A stretch of DNA of 64,000 bases from the NCBI GenBank assembly GCA_965214095.1, contig OZ243938.1, positions 2,144,001-2,208,000 of the forward strand, written 5' to 3'. This DNA is from Candidatus Poribacteria bacterium. GTDB taxonomy: Bacteria; Poribacteria; WGA-4E; WGA-3G. Below, in pieces: positions 11,081 through 20,102 of this stretch (position 1 is the first letter of the stretch; the number at the start of each line of letters is the position of its first letter). Position numbers and translations under genes: made by a program. Under the pieces are notes generated by a model, which did not search any database, was not told where the DNA came from, and worked only from the letters and a program-made list of their open reading frames with translations.

Positions 11081-12076
11081 TTAGTATGAATTCCACAAAT
11101 AGTTGAGATAGAATCCGACATCACCTTCACGATCGGTTATTCCAACCATTTGAACCCTTAAGTCTAAAAGTTCTGCGGATTCTGTTGGGTAGAAGAACTG
11201 GATACCTTTTTCGCCATCGGTTCCGATGAATTGTGCAAAACCTGTTATGTCTCCGTCCGTTAATTGTTTACCATTTATTGTAACTGTTACATTACTTTCA
11301 CTAAGCGTTGGAGGATTTGTCAGTGCTTTTCCCTCTGGGTAGTATATCCAGATAAGCCATCCATGTCCATCACTGGTGTTATCAGTAGGATCGGTATTAT
11401 CAGGATTATCGGCATCTGCAGGTGTATCATTGTTATTACTGTTATTATCATCACCGTTGTTGCCGTTGTTATTACCACCGTTGTTGCCGTTGTTATCATC
11501 ACCGTTGTTGCCGTTGTTATCATCACCGTTGTTGCCGTTGTTATTACCACCGTTATTGCCGTTGTTATTACCACCGTTATTGCCGTTGTTATTACCACCG
11601 TTATTGCCGTTGTTATTACCACCGTTATTGCCGTTGTTATCACTTCCGGGAGTATTCGTTCCCCTTTGAGTCTCGGCTTGATCTGCCTCTGCCAATGTCT
11701 CAACAAAGTCAGTGGTATCCCCTACCCTTTCGGCTCGCACAATTGGTTTGCCTTCATGATGGAACAGATAAACTGTTTTTTCTGGATAAATGTGGATGAT
11801 AGGTCCATTGGTATCTACCGCGCCATTTACAAGTGGGACAAGATCAATACAGGCGGAATCCGTGTCATTATGAATGCAATATCTCCCACCACGAATGGAG
11901 GTGAGATAATCGTCCACATCCGCATGTGTTAGCATTGAACCTGTAGATGAAATAATCGATCCCGTATGGGAAGGATCGGAACACCCTACAATACTGAAAA
12001 GAACAATTAGTATGCTACTGATGAATCCGAACAATAATAGTTGAATTCTTGACATGACACTCTGTAAGTTTTTCAC
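11081..12076 (-). CDS. Lipoprotein with Asn/Gly low-complexity repeat
   Basis: GTG start with AGGAG RBS; IVGC lipobox; GNNGGNNN repeats; N-terminus paralogous to 12101-12784. Confidence 0.8.
   Translation of the reverse strand: MKNLQSVMSRIQLLLFGFISSILIVLFSIVGCSDPSHTGSIISSTGSMLTHADVDDYLTSIRGGRYCIHNDTDSACIDLVPLVNGAVDTNGPIIHIYPEKTVYLFHHEGKPIVRAERVGDTTDFVETLAEADQAETQRGTNTPGSDNNGNNGGNNNGNNGGNNNGNNGGNNNGNNGGNNNGNNGDDNNGNNGDDNNGNNGGNNNGNNGDDNNSNNNDTPADADNPDNTDPTDNTSDGHGWLIWIYYPEGKALTNPPTLSESNVTVTINGKQLTDGDITGFAQFIGTDGEKGIQFFYPTESAELLDLRVQMVGITDREGDVGFYLNYLWNSY
11428..11642. repeat. 24-bp tandem repeat (about 8 units) encoding GNNG(G/D)(N/D)NN
   Basis: Unit GTTGTTATTACCACCGTTATTGCC and variants on the + strand. 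Confidence 0.9.
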
Positions 12077-12100
12077 GTAATACTCCTTTCCTAATGGTAA

Positions 12101-12784
12101 TTATAGCGGTTCTAACTTCAGAATATTCGTGTTATCATCAGAGTTGACGTTATCTGCACTGATATGGAAGGTTGCTGTGTTGCTGGGGATCAACCCATTG
12201 ACTTGAATCGTTATCTCTGCGACCGTCGTTTCAACGACAAATTGAACTCCACCCTCAATTTGTGTCGTTTGAGTAATATCAAGGTCTTTTTGATTGTTTG
12301 CGTCTATGGTTAATCCTTCTACAACTCTGACATTCATTCGATCAGTGGAATATATCTGGATAGTCCATCCTTCAGGAATGGGGGCAACGTTCAGATTATG
12401 TCCGGTTGAGGGTAAATTAACTTTACCTTCATTTTCTAATTGCTGCACGAGTTCTGTAGTATCCATTGTTCTTTTGGCTCGCAAAATAGGACTTCCTTGA
12501 TACTCAAATACATAAGCAACGTTTTCTGGATGCACATGGACAGTAGGTGTGTAACCTATATCTGCCCCATCAATCTCTATTTTATCCAGATCAAGTTTGA
12601 CACAAACGGAATCAAATCCGTCTTGCAGGCAAACGGTATCTTCACCTGTTGCATTAAGGTATGTATCTATGTGGTCAATAGAGAGGACCGGACCTGTATA
12701 AGGCGTCTCGGAACATCCTGTTATGCTAAAAATTATAATCAGAATACTACCGATTAAGGCTAATGATAAATGTTTTGTTTTCAT
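12101..12784 (-). CDS. Hypothetical lipoprotein (paralog of 11081-12076)
   Basis: ITGC lipobox; shares GCS.....TG....D.YL.....C....DS.C and (I/V)H(I/V)xPExxxYxF motifs with its neighbour. Confidence 0.8.
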   Translation of the reverse strand: MKTKHLSLALIGSILIIIFSITGCSETPYTGPVLSIDHIDTYLNATGEDTVCLQDGFDSVCVKLDLDKIEIDGADIGYTPTVHVHPENVAYVFEYQGSPILRAKRTMDTTELVQQLENEGKVNLPSTGHNLNVAPIPEGWTIQIYSTDRMNVRVVEGLTIDANNQKDLDITQTTQIEGGVQFVVETTVAEITIQVNGLIPSNTATFHISADNVNSDDNTNILKLEPL

Positions 12785-13049
12785 GGCTTCAAAATTTCCT
12801 TTGATTTCCTATAAATCTATATGATGCTGTTACTCACCATCGTGTACGAAGTTTGTATTATAACTAAACGAATCATGATTAATATTTGGTACATAATACG
12901 GTATTATAGACGTTGAAATTAGAAATAATGAATCTTTATTTGAAAACGTTCTTTCGTTTCCTGAAACATGAAATACTTGACGCTGCAATTGTGAACGGAC
13001 AAAACCGAACGCTTTTTATAGAAGATAATCTTGATATTATTCTACAAGC

Positions 13050-13079
13050 AGAGGGAACAACCGATCGGTTGTTCCCTCT
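13050..13079. terminator. Perfect 30-bp palindrome downstream of the B12 operon (terminator or REP-like)
   Basis: AGAGGGAACAACCGATCGGTTGTTCCCTCT is its own reverse complement and lies 49 bp past the stop at 13128. Confidence 0.6.
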
Positions 13080-13127
13080 AAGTTTTGTAGTTAGCGCGTG
13101 TTGCACATCAATATGAATTTGTTAAAA

Positions 13128-14780
13128 TCAATACAACACATGCACCCGATTCTTACCACGCAATGTCTCATCAGGCATCACAATCGGTATCTCAACAATT
13201 GCAATAAGCATTCCATCAGCACTGATAGCAAGCGTATCATAAGGAAGCTGTCCTTCCGTGCGATAGGTATATTGGTATTTCGCCAACCCACTATCCTCAG
13301 CAGTTAAGTCAAACACCGAAACCCCATGCAGACTTTCATTCGGATTTTGACTCCGTTTAGATACAGCCAACGCAGCGTAACGTCCCTTTGCATCAACACG
13401 TAAACCTTGTGGCATATTCTCAAGTTTCCACTGCCAAGCCTTCTCACCATTCCACGAATAAGCAAACAACGTCATCCCGTTAGGATGTAACGTAGAGGGA
13501 CGTTGTGCCCCTTTCTGGAGGTGATACGGAATATATGTGTCACCAGTAACAAAGAGTGCAGCAGCATCCGTTGCTCCAATAGTGCCAGTCGTAGCAATAA
13601 TTGGAACATCACTGACCTCCATAGGTGTTGCCAAATTCTGCGTCCATATCGGTTCAGGACGATTCACATCAAATATGTAGGCACGTCCATCATCTGTTGT
13701 GACGTTAACATACTTGCCATTAGGAGACATACTTACACCACGCCAAAAGGTAACCCCTTCAAAATAGGGAGTAAGCGGTTCTATCTCTGCGTGCCACTTT
13801 TCTTCTCCCGTTTCTACATCAAGCACAGACAACGTTCCATTACCCTTACCACTCTCATCTGAAACAAGCGCGAGCATCTTCCCATCAGCACCCACATCAA
13901 ACCAACGAAATATCTTCTGCGTAGTTTCTTCACGAGGAAATTGCCATATAACATCCCCAGATTTTGCATCAAATCGATAGAACAGAGAACGTTTTTGTGG
14001 CGTATCGTTCTGTGTCCACGCATGTACACCGGCAACCAACAGATCACCGTTAGGCAGTGTCCGCATGCACGACTGACCGGGGTAACTCACCCACGCATAG
14101 ACGCTATCAGGATTGGTTGGTGTAGAAGTTTCAATATCATCTGCTGTTCGGTGTTTCCAACGAAACTTCGGTTTAGCACCAGTCAAGTCGTAGCAATAGA
14201 TAAATCCATCCGCCGCTTGTTCACCAACATAGAGCAGTGAACTGTCGGGACTAAATGCAACATGTCGCACATAACCTTCAGAGATACGCGTTTTCCAAAT
14301 CGTCTTACCAGTTATCGGTTGGACAATCGCAAGGTGTCCTTTATCTGTGGCAATAGCAAGTTTCGGTGTATCCGTTCCGTTATCAAGAGCAATGGAAGTC
14401 GGTTTTGCAGGTTGACGCAGATTCTCCATCAACGACAATAATCCATCTAATTCAATGGTTCTGATGAGATAAGAAACAGGTTTCTGTGGTGAAGTTGCTC
14501 CTGTGATACCCGTTCCTGAACGAAACCGATAACTTGTGTTAGGTTGCCATGAAAAGTTCAACAAAATGCGTTTATCATCAATTTTTCGTGATGAAACTGC
14601 TTGAAATGATGTCGTGTTCGGAGTGGATGCAACTTCAATTTTCGTGTCAAGTGCGTCTTTAGTTTCTGATTCAAGCACTACCCCTGTGCGAACCCAGACG
14701 ACGTTCAGTTCAGCCACCACTACACTGGCAGACAAACTAAATAACAATAATAAAAAAGAAAAAATGCGATTCGGTTTCAT
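13128..14780 (-). CDS. Secreted PQQ/WD40-like beta-propeller protein (last gene of the B12-regulated cluster)
   Basis: Signal peptide; repeated TGKxxW / VAFSPD / DAKSGDVIWQ blade motifs. Confidence 0.8.
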   Translation of the reverse strand: MKPNRIFSFLLLLFSLSASVVVAELNVVWVRTGVVLESETKDALDTKIEVASTPNTTSFQAVSSRKIDDKRILLNFSWQPNTSYRFRSGTGITGATSPQKPVSYLIRTIELDGLLSLMENLRQPAKPTSIALDNGTDTPKLAIATDKGHLAIVQPITGKTIWKTRISEGYVRHVAFSPDSSLLYVGEQAADGFIYCYDLTGAKPKFRWKHRTADDIETSTPTNPDSVYAWVSYPGQSCMRTLPNGDLLVAGVHAWTQNDTPQKRSLFYRFDAKSGDVIWQFPREETTQKIFRWFDVGADGKMLALVSDESGKGNGTLSVLDVETGEEKWHAEIEPLTPYFEGVTFWRGVSMSPNGKYVNVTTDDGRAYIFDVNRPEPIWTQNLATPMEVSDVPIIATTGTIGATDAAALFVTGDTYIPYHLQKGAQRPSTLHPNGMTLFAYSWNGEKAWQWKLENMPQGLRVDAKGRYAALAVSKRSQNPNESLHGVSVFDLTAEDSGLAKYQYTYRTEGQLPYDTLAISADGMLIAIVEIPIVMPDETLRGKNRVHVLY

Positions 14781-14852
14781 TGATAAATTTCCTCATAATA
14801 TAGACATAAAAAAGATATATAGTGATATGTAAGAATACGTGCACACTCCTCG

Positions 14853-15055
14853 GTAGATGTGGTTTCCTAACCGCATCTATGAGACTGAACAAACACCGGT
14901 TCGGTTAGGAAACCGAACCATAGGCGTCAATTTAAGAGAATTACGCTATAATTCTAGGCTGGTAGGTTCGGTTTCCTAACCGAACCGGATCTTACGCGAG
15001 AACCTCTATGAAGGTATTTGGCACAAAGCCGGTTCGGTTAGGAAACCGAACCTAC
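14853..15055. repeat. Two inverted REP doublets (REPIN-like, family A variant)
   Basis: GTAG-(A/G)T(G/T)(T/C)GGTTTCCTAACCG.. at 14853 and 14962, each paired with an inverted copy at ~14898 and ~15031. Confidence 0.8.
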
Positions 15056-15095
15056 CGTCGTGTGTAAATAATTGTGGTTTTAACTATAAATATAT

Positions 15096-17018
15096 TCAAT
15101 CCGCCACGCGCCACAATCCACGTCCTAATCTTGCCCCTAAAAGCACACCCAAAAATGTATACGCAAAACCCTCAACAAAAATACGGAGCCATATATACCA
15201 GTCCGCGTAAAACAGACGGTAAAAGAGAATAGAGAGTTGAAAATCAACATACACGGTGACAGCATCGCAAATACCAAGCACAAGTGCCCATGCCAGTAGG
15301 CTTCGCCTTCGCACAAATAGAAATCCTGTTTCCAACAGCAAAATGCTTGTCCCTGTATAGATAATCGTCATCGGAGTGAAAAGTCCAAACGTCACAGCAC
15401 CCAGAAGTAGACGCACAGCAGAAACAAGCAGGATCACACCACCTTTATTGACCGTGTTTAGCCCACTATTGTCCTGCTTAGCTTTAACGCCAGGAGCACC
15501 GTAAATATAGATTAACAATGCCGTGAGCAAAGCATAATATAACGTCTCATTGACCAATCCTGTTAACAGAACTGAGACTGGACCAAGAATTACGCGGATA
15601 AAGTTCAGAAAAAGGGTTGACGGCACTACGACTGCCACGAATATCGTTGTGCCGAACAGCGCAATTACAATCAGTTGCTTCGTTGAAAAACGCGCAAAGA
15701 ATTCCCGATGATACCGGAGTAGAACGATAAATCCAGTACAACTCGCTAAAATAGCCAATCCACTCACAAATAGGGCATGTCGGTTTGGCACAACGATATG
15801 CAGCAGTCTTTTGGTCCTGAGGACAGTGGTATCACTCCCCCAAATTTTTACCGAGATTTCGCGCTCATATTCACCTGCGACAGCAAGTTGTGGATGAAAA
15901 TAGATAGGTAAAGGAATAGAAGTGATTTCTCTCGGTGCTAAACTTGCAAAACTAATACTCTGATCTGTTCCTGCATTGACCGCATCAGGAGGTGCAAGAA
16001 ACGGTACTGCTTTTCCAGTGTTCAGATCACGGTTGATTGATGAAACTACGACATGGATTGTCTCTTCACCTTGATTGTTAAGATGGACTGTCTGATAAGT
16101 AGTAGGGGTATATTCGTCTGTTTGCTGTGCACCAAGCCAACTAAACAACGGACGTGGATGGTAAATCGTGTCTTTTCGTTGCCTCAGATCTACTGTTCCT
16201 GCTTCATCTGTTGGCATATCTATTGATGCAATAGAAATATGTTTCTCAATCTCAGGAATAGATGCGACCCGCAATTGAACTGTCGCTTGCTGCTTCCATG
16301 TTTCCCTATCACCAGTTGTCCATCGGACATTACCTGATATGCTCTGTATATTAGGGGGATTCGTTGGACTTATAGGAGAATGAGGCACATCTATTTCCAG
16401 TTCACGATGCCACACTTCTGAAGCAACTTTAAACTCTCCCGTTGTTGAAAGACAGGTTTGTTCATCTGTTGTTTCATCAACCTCCCATTCCGTAGGAATA
16501 CGCTTTATACCCAACGATGAAGGTATACACAACTCTAAATCAAAAGTAGTCGGCACATTACCGTTTGTTACAATAACGGTCGCTGTCATCACGCTTCCCC
16601 GCAGAAGCAGTGCTTTCTGAGTGCTAACTTTAGAACTCTGTGTGTCCAAATTCCTTGCAACACCGTAAGGTATAGCAATCTCAAAGTTGCCACGTGCATA
16701 TTCAAGCGGTGCAGACACTGTTTGAACGACAACATCTCCCGAGGATAGAGTTGCTTCAAACTTATAGGTTTCTCCAGCATCCCATTCAAAATAAACCGAT
16801 TCTATCTGACGTGGCTGCACAGGAAAATCAAGTTGAGCAACCTTGTTTCCATCAGAATTGTAGGCAGAAATCTGTTTTATCGGTACTTGGTTGGCAATCT
16901 GTACTTTGGCACCAAGCGGGAAGAAGGTAATCTGCCATGAGAGTGGTTCATCTGGCTTTTCCTGCCTACAACCAATGAAAAATATTGAAAGAAGCAGCAG
17001 AAATCCCCATTTACCCAT
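15096..17018 (-). CDS. Lipoprotein-anchored protein with large soluble region and C-terminal multi-TM domain resembling an ECF S-component
   Basis: FFIGC lipobox; about 6-7 C-terminal TM helices starting FSTKQLIVIALFGT, similar to the N-termini of ECF S-components. Confidence 0.65.
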   Translation of the reverse strand: MGKWGFLLLLSIFFIGCRQEKPDEPLSWQITFFPLGAKVQIANQVPIKQISAYNSDGNKVAQLDFPVQPRQIESVYFEWDAGETYKFEATLSSGDVVVQTVSAPLEYARGNFEIAIPYGVARNLDTQSSKVSTQKALLLRGSVMTATVIVTNGNVPTTFDLELCIPSSLGIKRIPTEWEVDETTDEQTCLSTTGEFKVASEVWHRELEIDVPHSPISPTNPPNIQSISGNVRWTTGDRETWKQQATVQLRVASIPEIEKHISIASIDMPTDEAGTVDLRQRKDTIYHPRPLFSWLGAQQTDEYTPTTYQTVHLNNQGEETIHVVVSSINRDLNTGKAVPFLAPPDAVNAGTDQSISFASLAPREITSIPLPIYFHPQLAVAGEYEREISVKIWGSDTTVLRTKRLLHIVVPNRHALFVSGLAILASCTGFIVLLRYHREFFARFSTKQLIVIALFGTTIFVAVVVPSTLFLNFIRVILGPVSVLLTGLVNETLYYALLTALLIYIYGAPGVKAKQDNSGLNTVNKGGVILLVSAVRLLLGAVTFGLFTPMTIIYTGTSILLLETGFLFVRRRSLLAWALVLGICDAVTVYVDFQLSILFYRLFYADWYIWLRIFVEGFAYTFLGVLLGARLGRGLWRVAD

Positions 17019-17055
17019 AACAGAATACCTTCTATACCATTACACATAAACTACA

Positions 17056-18354
17056 CTAAAAATGCTGAGCAACGAGGACCAGGTCTAAAATATTAACCTC
17101 ACCATCCCCATTGACATCCCCAACGAGACCTTCACCACTCTCACCGAAATCCTGAGCGACAAGTACGAGATCCTTTATGTCAACAAAACCATCATCGTTC
17201 ACATCTTCATCCCGAGGAACAACTTGAGCAAGTGCCACTTTATCTGTTCCGTGTCCAAGTTGATAGGTTTTGAGAAGTGTCTCATCCATCCCCATGACAA
17301 GGAGTGTAGACAGACCACCACCTGTCCAGTCAGGTTTAGCGATGTAGAGATTACCATCATCCCCAAAAGTCATTCCCGAACCACCAGCAAACTCTTCTAA
17401 TGTGTTATCTTTATCACGAATCCACTCTTGCGATGGCACATCATAAATTAGCAGACCAGGACTCATCCAACCGCCTTGAATAAACAACTGTTTCTCTGAG
17501 TTGATGACAAATGAACCCGGAGTCATTTTCAAATCAACCGTATTAGTAATTTCATCAGTTGTTGCATCAATAAAGACAAGGTTTCCAGTAATATCACTGT
17601 AATTACCTGTCGTCTTTACAATCACTGTGGAATCCCCATCGTTGAGAATACCACCTGCATTGATAGGCACCGAGATCGTCTTTATCACAGAGTCTGTCTG
17701 CGTATCTATGACAGAGACAGTACTCTGATGATAAACGCTTTTGTTTGCTACCGCATCCCACTCCCAAGCAGGATTGGTGACATACGCTTTGCCGTTCAGA
17801 ATCGTGATGCCTGTCGTTTTATTGAAAGACGCATCACTTATGATTTTCGTTACGCTTCGACTACCAATATTAACGACATGCACCTGATGCGTGTTATCAC
17901 AGGTTACATAAATCTTATTCGAGTTCACAAGTGCAAGCTGCTGTGGGTATGATCCTGTTTGAATCGATATGACACCGATAATCTCCCGCCGTTCAAGGTT
18001 GACCATTACTATGCTGTCATGTGTGATATCAGATAGCCAATCGAAATTGGGTATAAAAGCCAGATGTCCATGAATCAGAATGTCACTCGGAACACCGCCA
18101 ATACTAATGACTTCACTATCAACAGCACGATTGAGATTCGGTTCATCAAGATCAACAATGGAAAGGGAAGAAGTGATATTCCAGTCGTCCTTATCCAATG
18201 CATTTATAACTACTGCAAGATTTTCAACTTCTGATTGAGAAAAACCAGAACTGACAAGGAGGGTGAAAAACATCGTCCCAATAAGTAGTAACGATGTCAG
18301 TTTATGGTTGAAACGGCATGAAAGATGTCGCCTAAAGAAAAAATGTCTGTTCAT
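17056..18354 (-). CDS. YncE/YVTN-type beta-propeller with C-terminal dockerin-like domain; candidate surface B12-binding protein
   Basis: GGAGG RBS before ATG at 18354; KAYVTN and TVSVIDT blades; DVNDDGFVDIKDL / DVNGDGEVNILDL dockerin EF-hand pair; first gene after the B12 riboswitch. Confidence 0.8.
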   Translation of the reverse strand: MNRHFFFRRHLSCRFNHKLTSLLLIGTMFFTLLVSSGFSQSEVENLAVVINALDKDDWNITSSLSIVDLDEPNLNRAVDSEVISIGGVPSDILIHGHLAFIPNFDWLSDITHDSIVMVNLERREIIGVISIQTGSYPQQLALVNSNKIYVTCDNTHQVHVVNIGSRSVTKIISDASFNKTTGITILNGKAYVTNPAWEWDAVANKSVYHQSTVSVIDTQTDSVIKTISVPINAGGILNDGDSTVIVKTTGNYSDITGNLVFIDATTDEITNTVDLKMTPGSFVINSEKQLFIQGGWMSPGLLIYDVPSQEWIRDKDNTLEEFAGGSGMTFGDDGNLYIAKPDWTGGGLSTLLVMGMDETLLKTYQLGHGTDKVALAQVVPRDEDVNDDGFVDIKDLVLVAQDFGESGEGLVGDVNGDGEVNILDLVLVAQHF

Positions 18355-18370
18355 TAATACCTCCGTAATG

Positions 18371-18407
18371 AAACAAGAAACCCCTGCTCTCTCTGAGAAG
18401 ACAGGGG
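18371..18407 (-). terminator. Leader terminator/attenuator hairpin of the B12 operon
   Basis: Minus strand CCCCTG-TCTTCTCAGAGAGAG-CAGGGG followed by TTTCTTGTTT, just upstream of the RBS. Confidence 0.6.
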
Positions 18408-18549
18408 ACAAGGCGACACTTTTATGTGAAATTAATCCTATTTTCAAGGATAGATAAAATACCTTATATCAGTATTTTTATTTCATTTCGTCAGGATAAT
18501 GTCGTGCTTTGTTCCACCGCTTTCCCGCGAAAGCAGACGCGTGAAACAC

Positions 18550-18782
18550 AATCCAGGCAGGTCTCCTGACTTCCGATTCTTTTGCTATAGATGACAAGTT
18601 CAACTTGTGTTACAAAAGTCCGCTGTACCTTCCCATCAACCGTTGACAGTGGTCTTTTCCAGCGGAAATTCCCATTGAGGAATAAATCGTTTACAGTGGC
18701 GGGGCCGTGGCGGAATCTCACCGCGCTTCCCTATTCTCCGGGGTTTGTCGCAACTCTTGCGAACCGGCACCTGAACCGTTCA
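18550..18782 (-). promoter_or_regulatory. Cobalamin (B12) riboswitch
   Basis: Minus strand shows AGGTGC...AATAGGGAA-GCGCGGTG-AGATTCCGC-CACGGCCCCGCCACTGTAA...CCACTG...GGGAAGG...AAGTCAGGAGACCTGCC (B12 box). Confidence 0.95.
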
Positions 18783-18803
18783 AATATTCAAATGTATTTG
18801 AAA

Positions 18804-18832
18804 ATTATATCATACTGCACAACTTATTGCAA
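18804..18832 (-). promoter_or_regulatory. Sigma70 promoter driving the riboswitch leader
   Basis: TTGCAA-17 nt-TATAAT with extended TG. Confidence 0.75.
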
Positions 18833-18837
18833 ATTTA

Positions 18838-18969
18838 TTAAACTGGTACAGGCGTGTAAAGTTTTTGGTTCTGGACGAATTTTGTTACGTCGTTGATAGG
18901 TGTTTGGCTATCTGTTTGTCGTGTGATGGCGAACCATGAGTGGTCGCCGAGTCGTAGTGCGAATGTCAT
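18838..18969 (-). CDS. 43-aa small ORF or N-terminal gene remnant
   Basis: AAGGAG RBS; MTFALRLGDHSWFAITRQTDSQTPINDVTKFVQNQKLYTPVPV*. Confidence 0.35.
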   Translation of the reverse strand: MTFALRLGDHSWFAITRQTDSQTPINDVTKFVQNQKLYTPVPV

Positions 18970-19140
18970 TGTTTGTCTCCTTGTATGTGGCTATTGGCAT
19001 TTTATTGTCGGTTATTCGTCGGCTGTATGCTGATGGCTGATTGTTAATATTATATCTGATGGGGATGCGGTATGGAGAAGGTGTTGGGATGTTAGAACAA
19101 TGGATTTCTAATGGGATTTCATGTGAGTTGTGCTTTTATT

Positions 19141-19214
19141 TTATCTGAACCAGGATTTTCAGGATTAGTAGATTTACAGGATTATGAGTTTGGCTCTGTC
19201 AAGTTGCTATTCAC
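19141..19214. repeat. Family C MITE copy interrupted by the IS605-type mini-element
   Basis: TCTGAACCAGGATTTTCAGGATT...GAGTTTGGCTCT..CAAGTT.CTATTCAC matches the copy at 23471-23546. Confidence 0.8.
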
Positions 19215-19278
19215 CAACGTTTCAGGCAGGAAGCCCACTTCTTTAGGTGTGGGAGGAATGCCCGTTCCTATATTTTGC

Positions 19279-19307
19279 TTGACAGAAAACGTCAAGTCTG
19301 TTATTAT
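19279..19307 (+). promoter_or_regulatory. Sigma70 promoter inside the mini-element left end
   Basis: TTGACA-17 nt-TATTAT. Confidence 0.8.
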
Positions 19308-19308
19308 A

Positions 19309-19549
19309 TGCCCAAGCAAGTCGGAAGTGTCTTGCATATCGGGGCACGTTGATTATATCCGTGTCCAAGTAACTCGAAGACGATAGTTCGCTCGAACAAC
19401 TTCCGAAGTCGGAAGTGTCTGAGGTTCTGTATCGTGGGTCGCTGGGACCCCTCGGTGGCATACAGGTAAAGTTACGAGCCAAGACCGAAGAACATCAAGC
19501 CTGGCAGAAGATTAACACAATCCCATGCCTTTAGGCTTGGGTACCTGAA
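19309..19549 (+). ncRNA. Candidate structured ncRNA (omegaRNA/HEARO-like or novel) carried by the mini-element
   Basis: Multiple stems (GCAAG/CTTGC, GGGCACG/CGTGTCC, GTAACT/AGTTAC, CTGTAT/ATACAG, GGGTC/GACCC); duplicated AAGTCGGAAGTGTCT; CAGGTA/TACCTG pairing with the RE; no credible ORF. Confidence 0.55.
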
Positions 19550-19566
19550 AGTTTATTCTATCCATG

Positions 19567-20070
19567 GTAGGCGAGGTTTCCTAACCTCGCAATTACCCAC
19601 CACCATCACACCGTAGCCGCGCAACGCATTACGCCTCTTACATTCTCCCCGACATCCGAGACATCCGTGAAAATCCGCGATTCAGACCCACGGTAGGCGA
19701 GGTTTCCTAACCTCGCTCTTCATAGCCTCAGTTTCCAACCACGACAATCCCGTAGGAACGAAATGTATATCAAAATACTACAATGAAATTCAAAATAATA
19801 TTGACCATATACTACAACTAGTAGTATTATATAAACATAATAAGACAATAAATAATAACAAATATTAATTAACAATAATGAAGTCATATTATACCATTCT
19901 AACAGATCATCTAACATTAAGAACAAACGCCTTCGTAGTCGCGCAATTCATTGTGTCTCACATTGTTGGAGTGGTTTCTAACCCCGAGGCAAAGTAGTAG
20001 GCACGCTCCGCGTGCCGTCCTCTTGTTGGAGCAGTTTCCAACCGTGACAGCCCCAGCGGGACGAAAGGTT
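19567..20070. repeat. Mixed REP cluster (families A x2, D x2, B, E and others)
   Basis: GTAGGCGAGGTTTCCTAACCTCGC at 19567 and 19693; GTAGTCGCGCAATTCATTG at 19935; GTAGTAGGCACGCTCCGCGTGCCGT at 19994. Confidence 0.8.
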
Positions 20071-20102
20071 TATCAAATGCAAACACAAACTGGAGATATA
20101 TT

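Larger units (their letters stand above)
19215..19549 (+). mobile_element. Non-autonomous IS200/IS605-family mini-element (PATE/MITE) with non-coding cargo
   Basis: TTCAC target, then LE GAAG + CCCACTTC-TTTA-GGTGTGGG hairpin; RE CAAT + CCCATGCC-TTTA-GGCTTGGG-TACC-TGAA. Ends match the element at 24757-26576 and the empty site matches 23507-23540. Confidence 0.88.

Noticed and set aside
11264-11932. Cys/His-rich (HRCCRCYY), Leu/Pro-rich and Val/Ile-rich ORFs
   Set aside because: These are alternative frames of the 24-bp Asn/Gly repeat in the minus-strand lipoprotein gene.
18491-18896. ORFs of 76 aa and 101 aa
   Set aside because: They overlap the cobalamin riboswitch and its promoter and show no protein features.
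19111-19482. ORFs of 91 aa and 79 aa across the mini-element
   Set aside because: One crosses the insertion junction from repeat DNA. Neither has an RBS or any transposase/TnpB motif.
19760-19925. AT-rich stretch as a replication origin or 68-aa membrane peptide
   Set aside because: No DnaA-box or iteron array is visible, and the hydrophobic ORF is explained by the T-rich skew.
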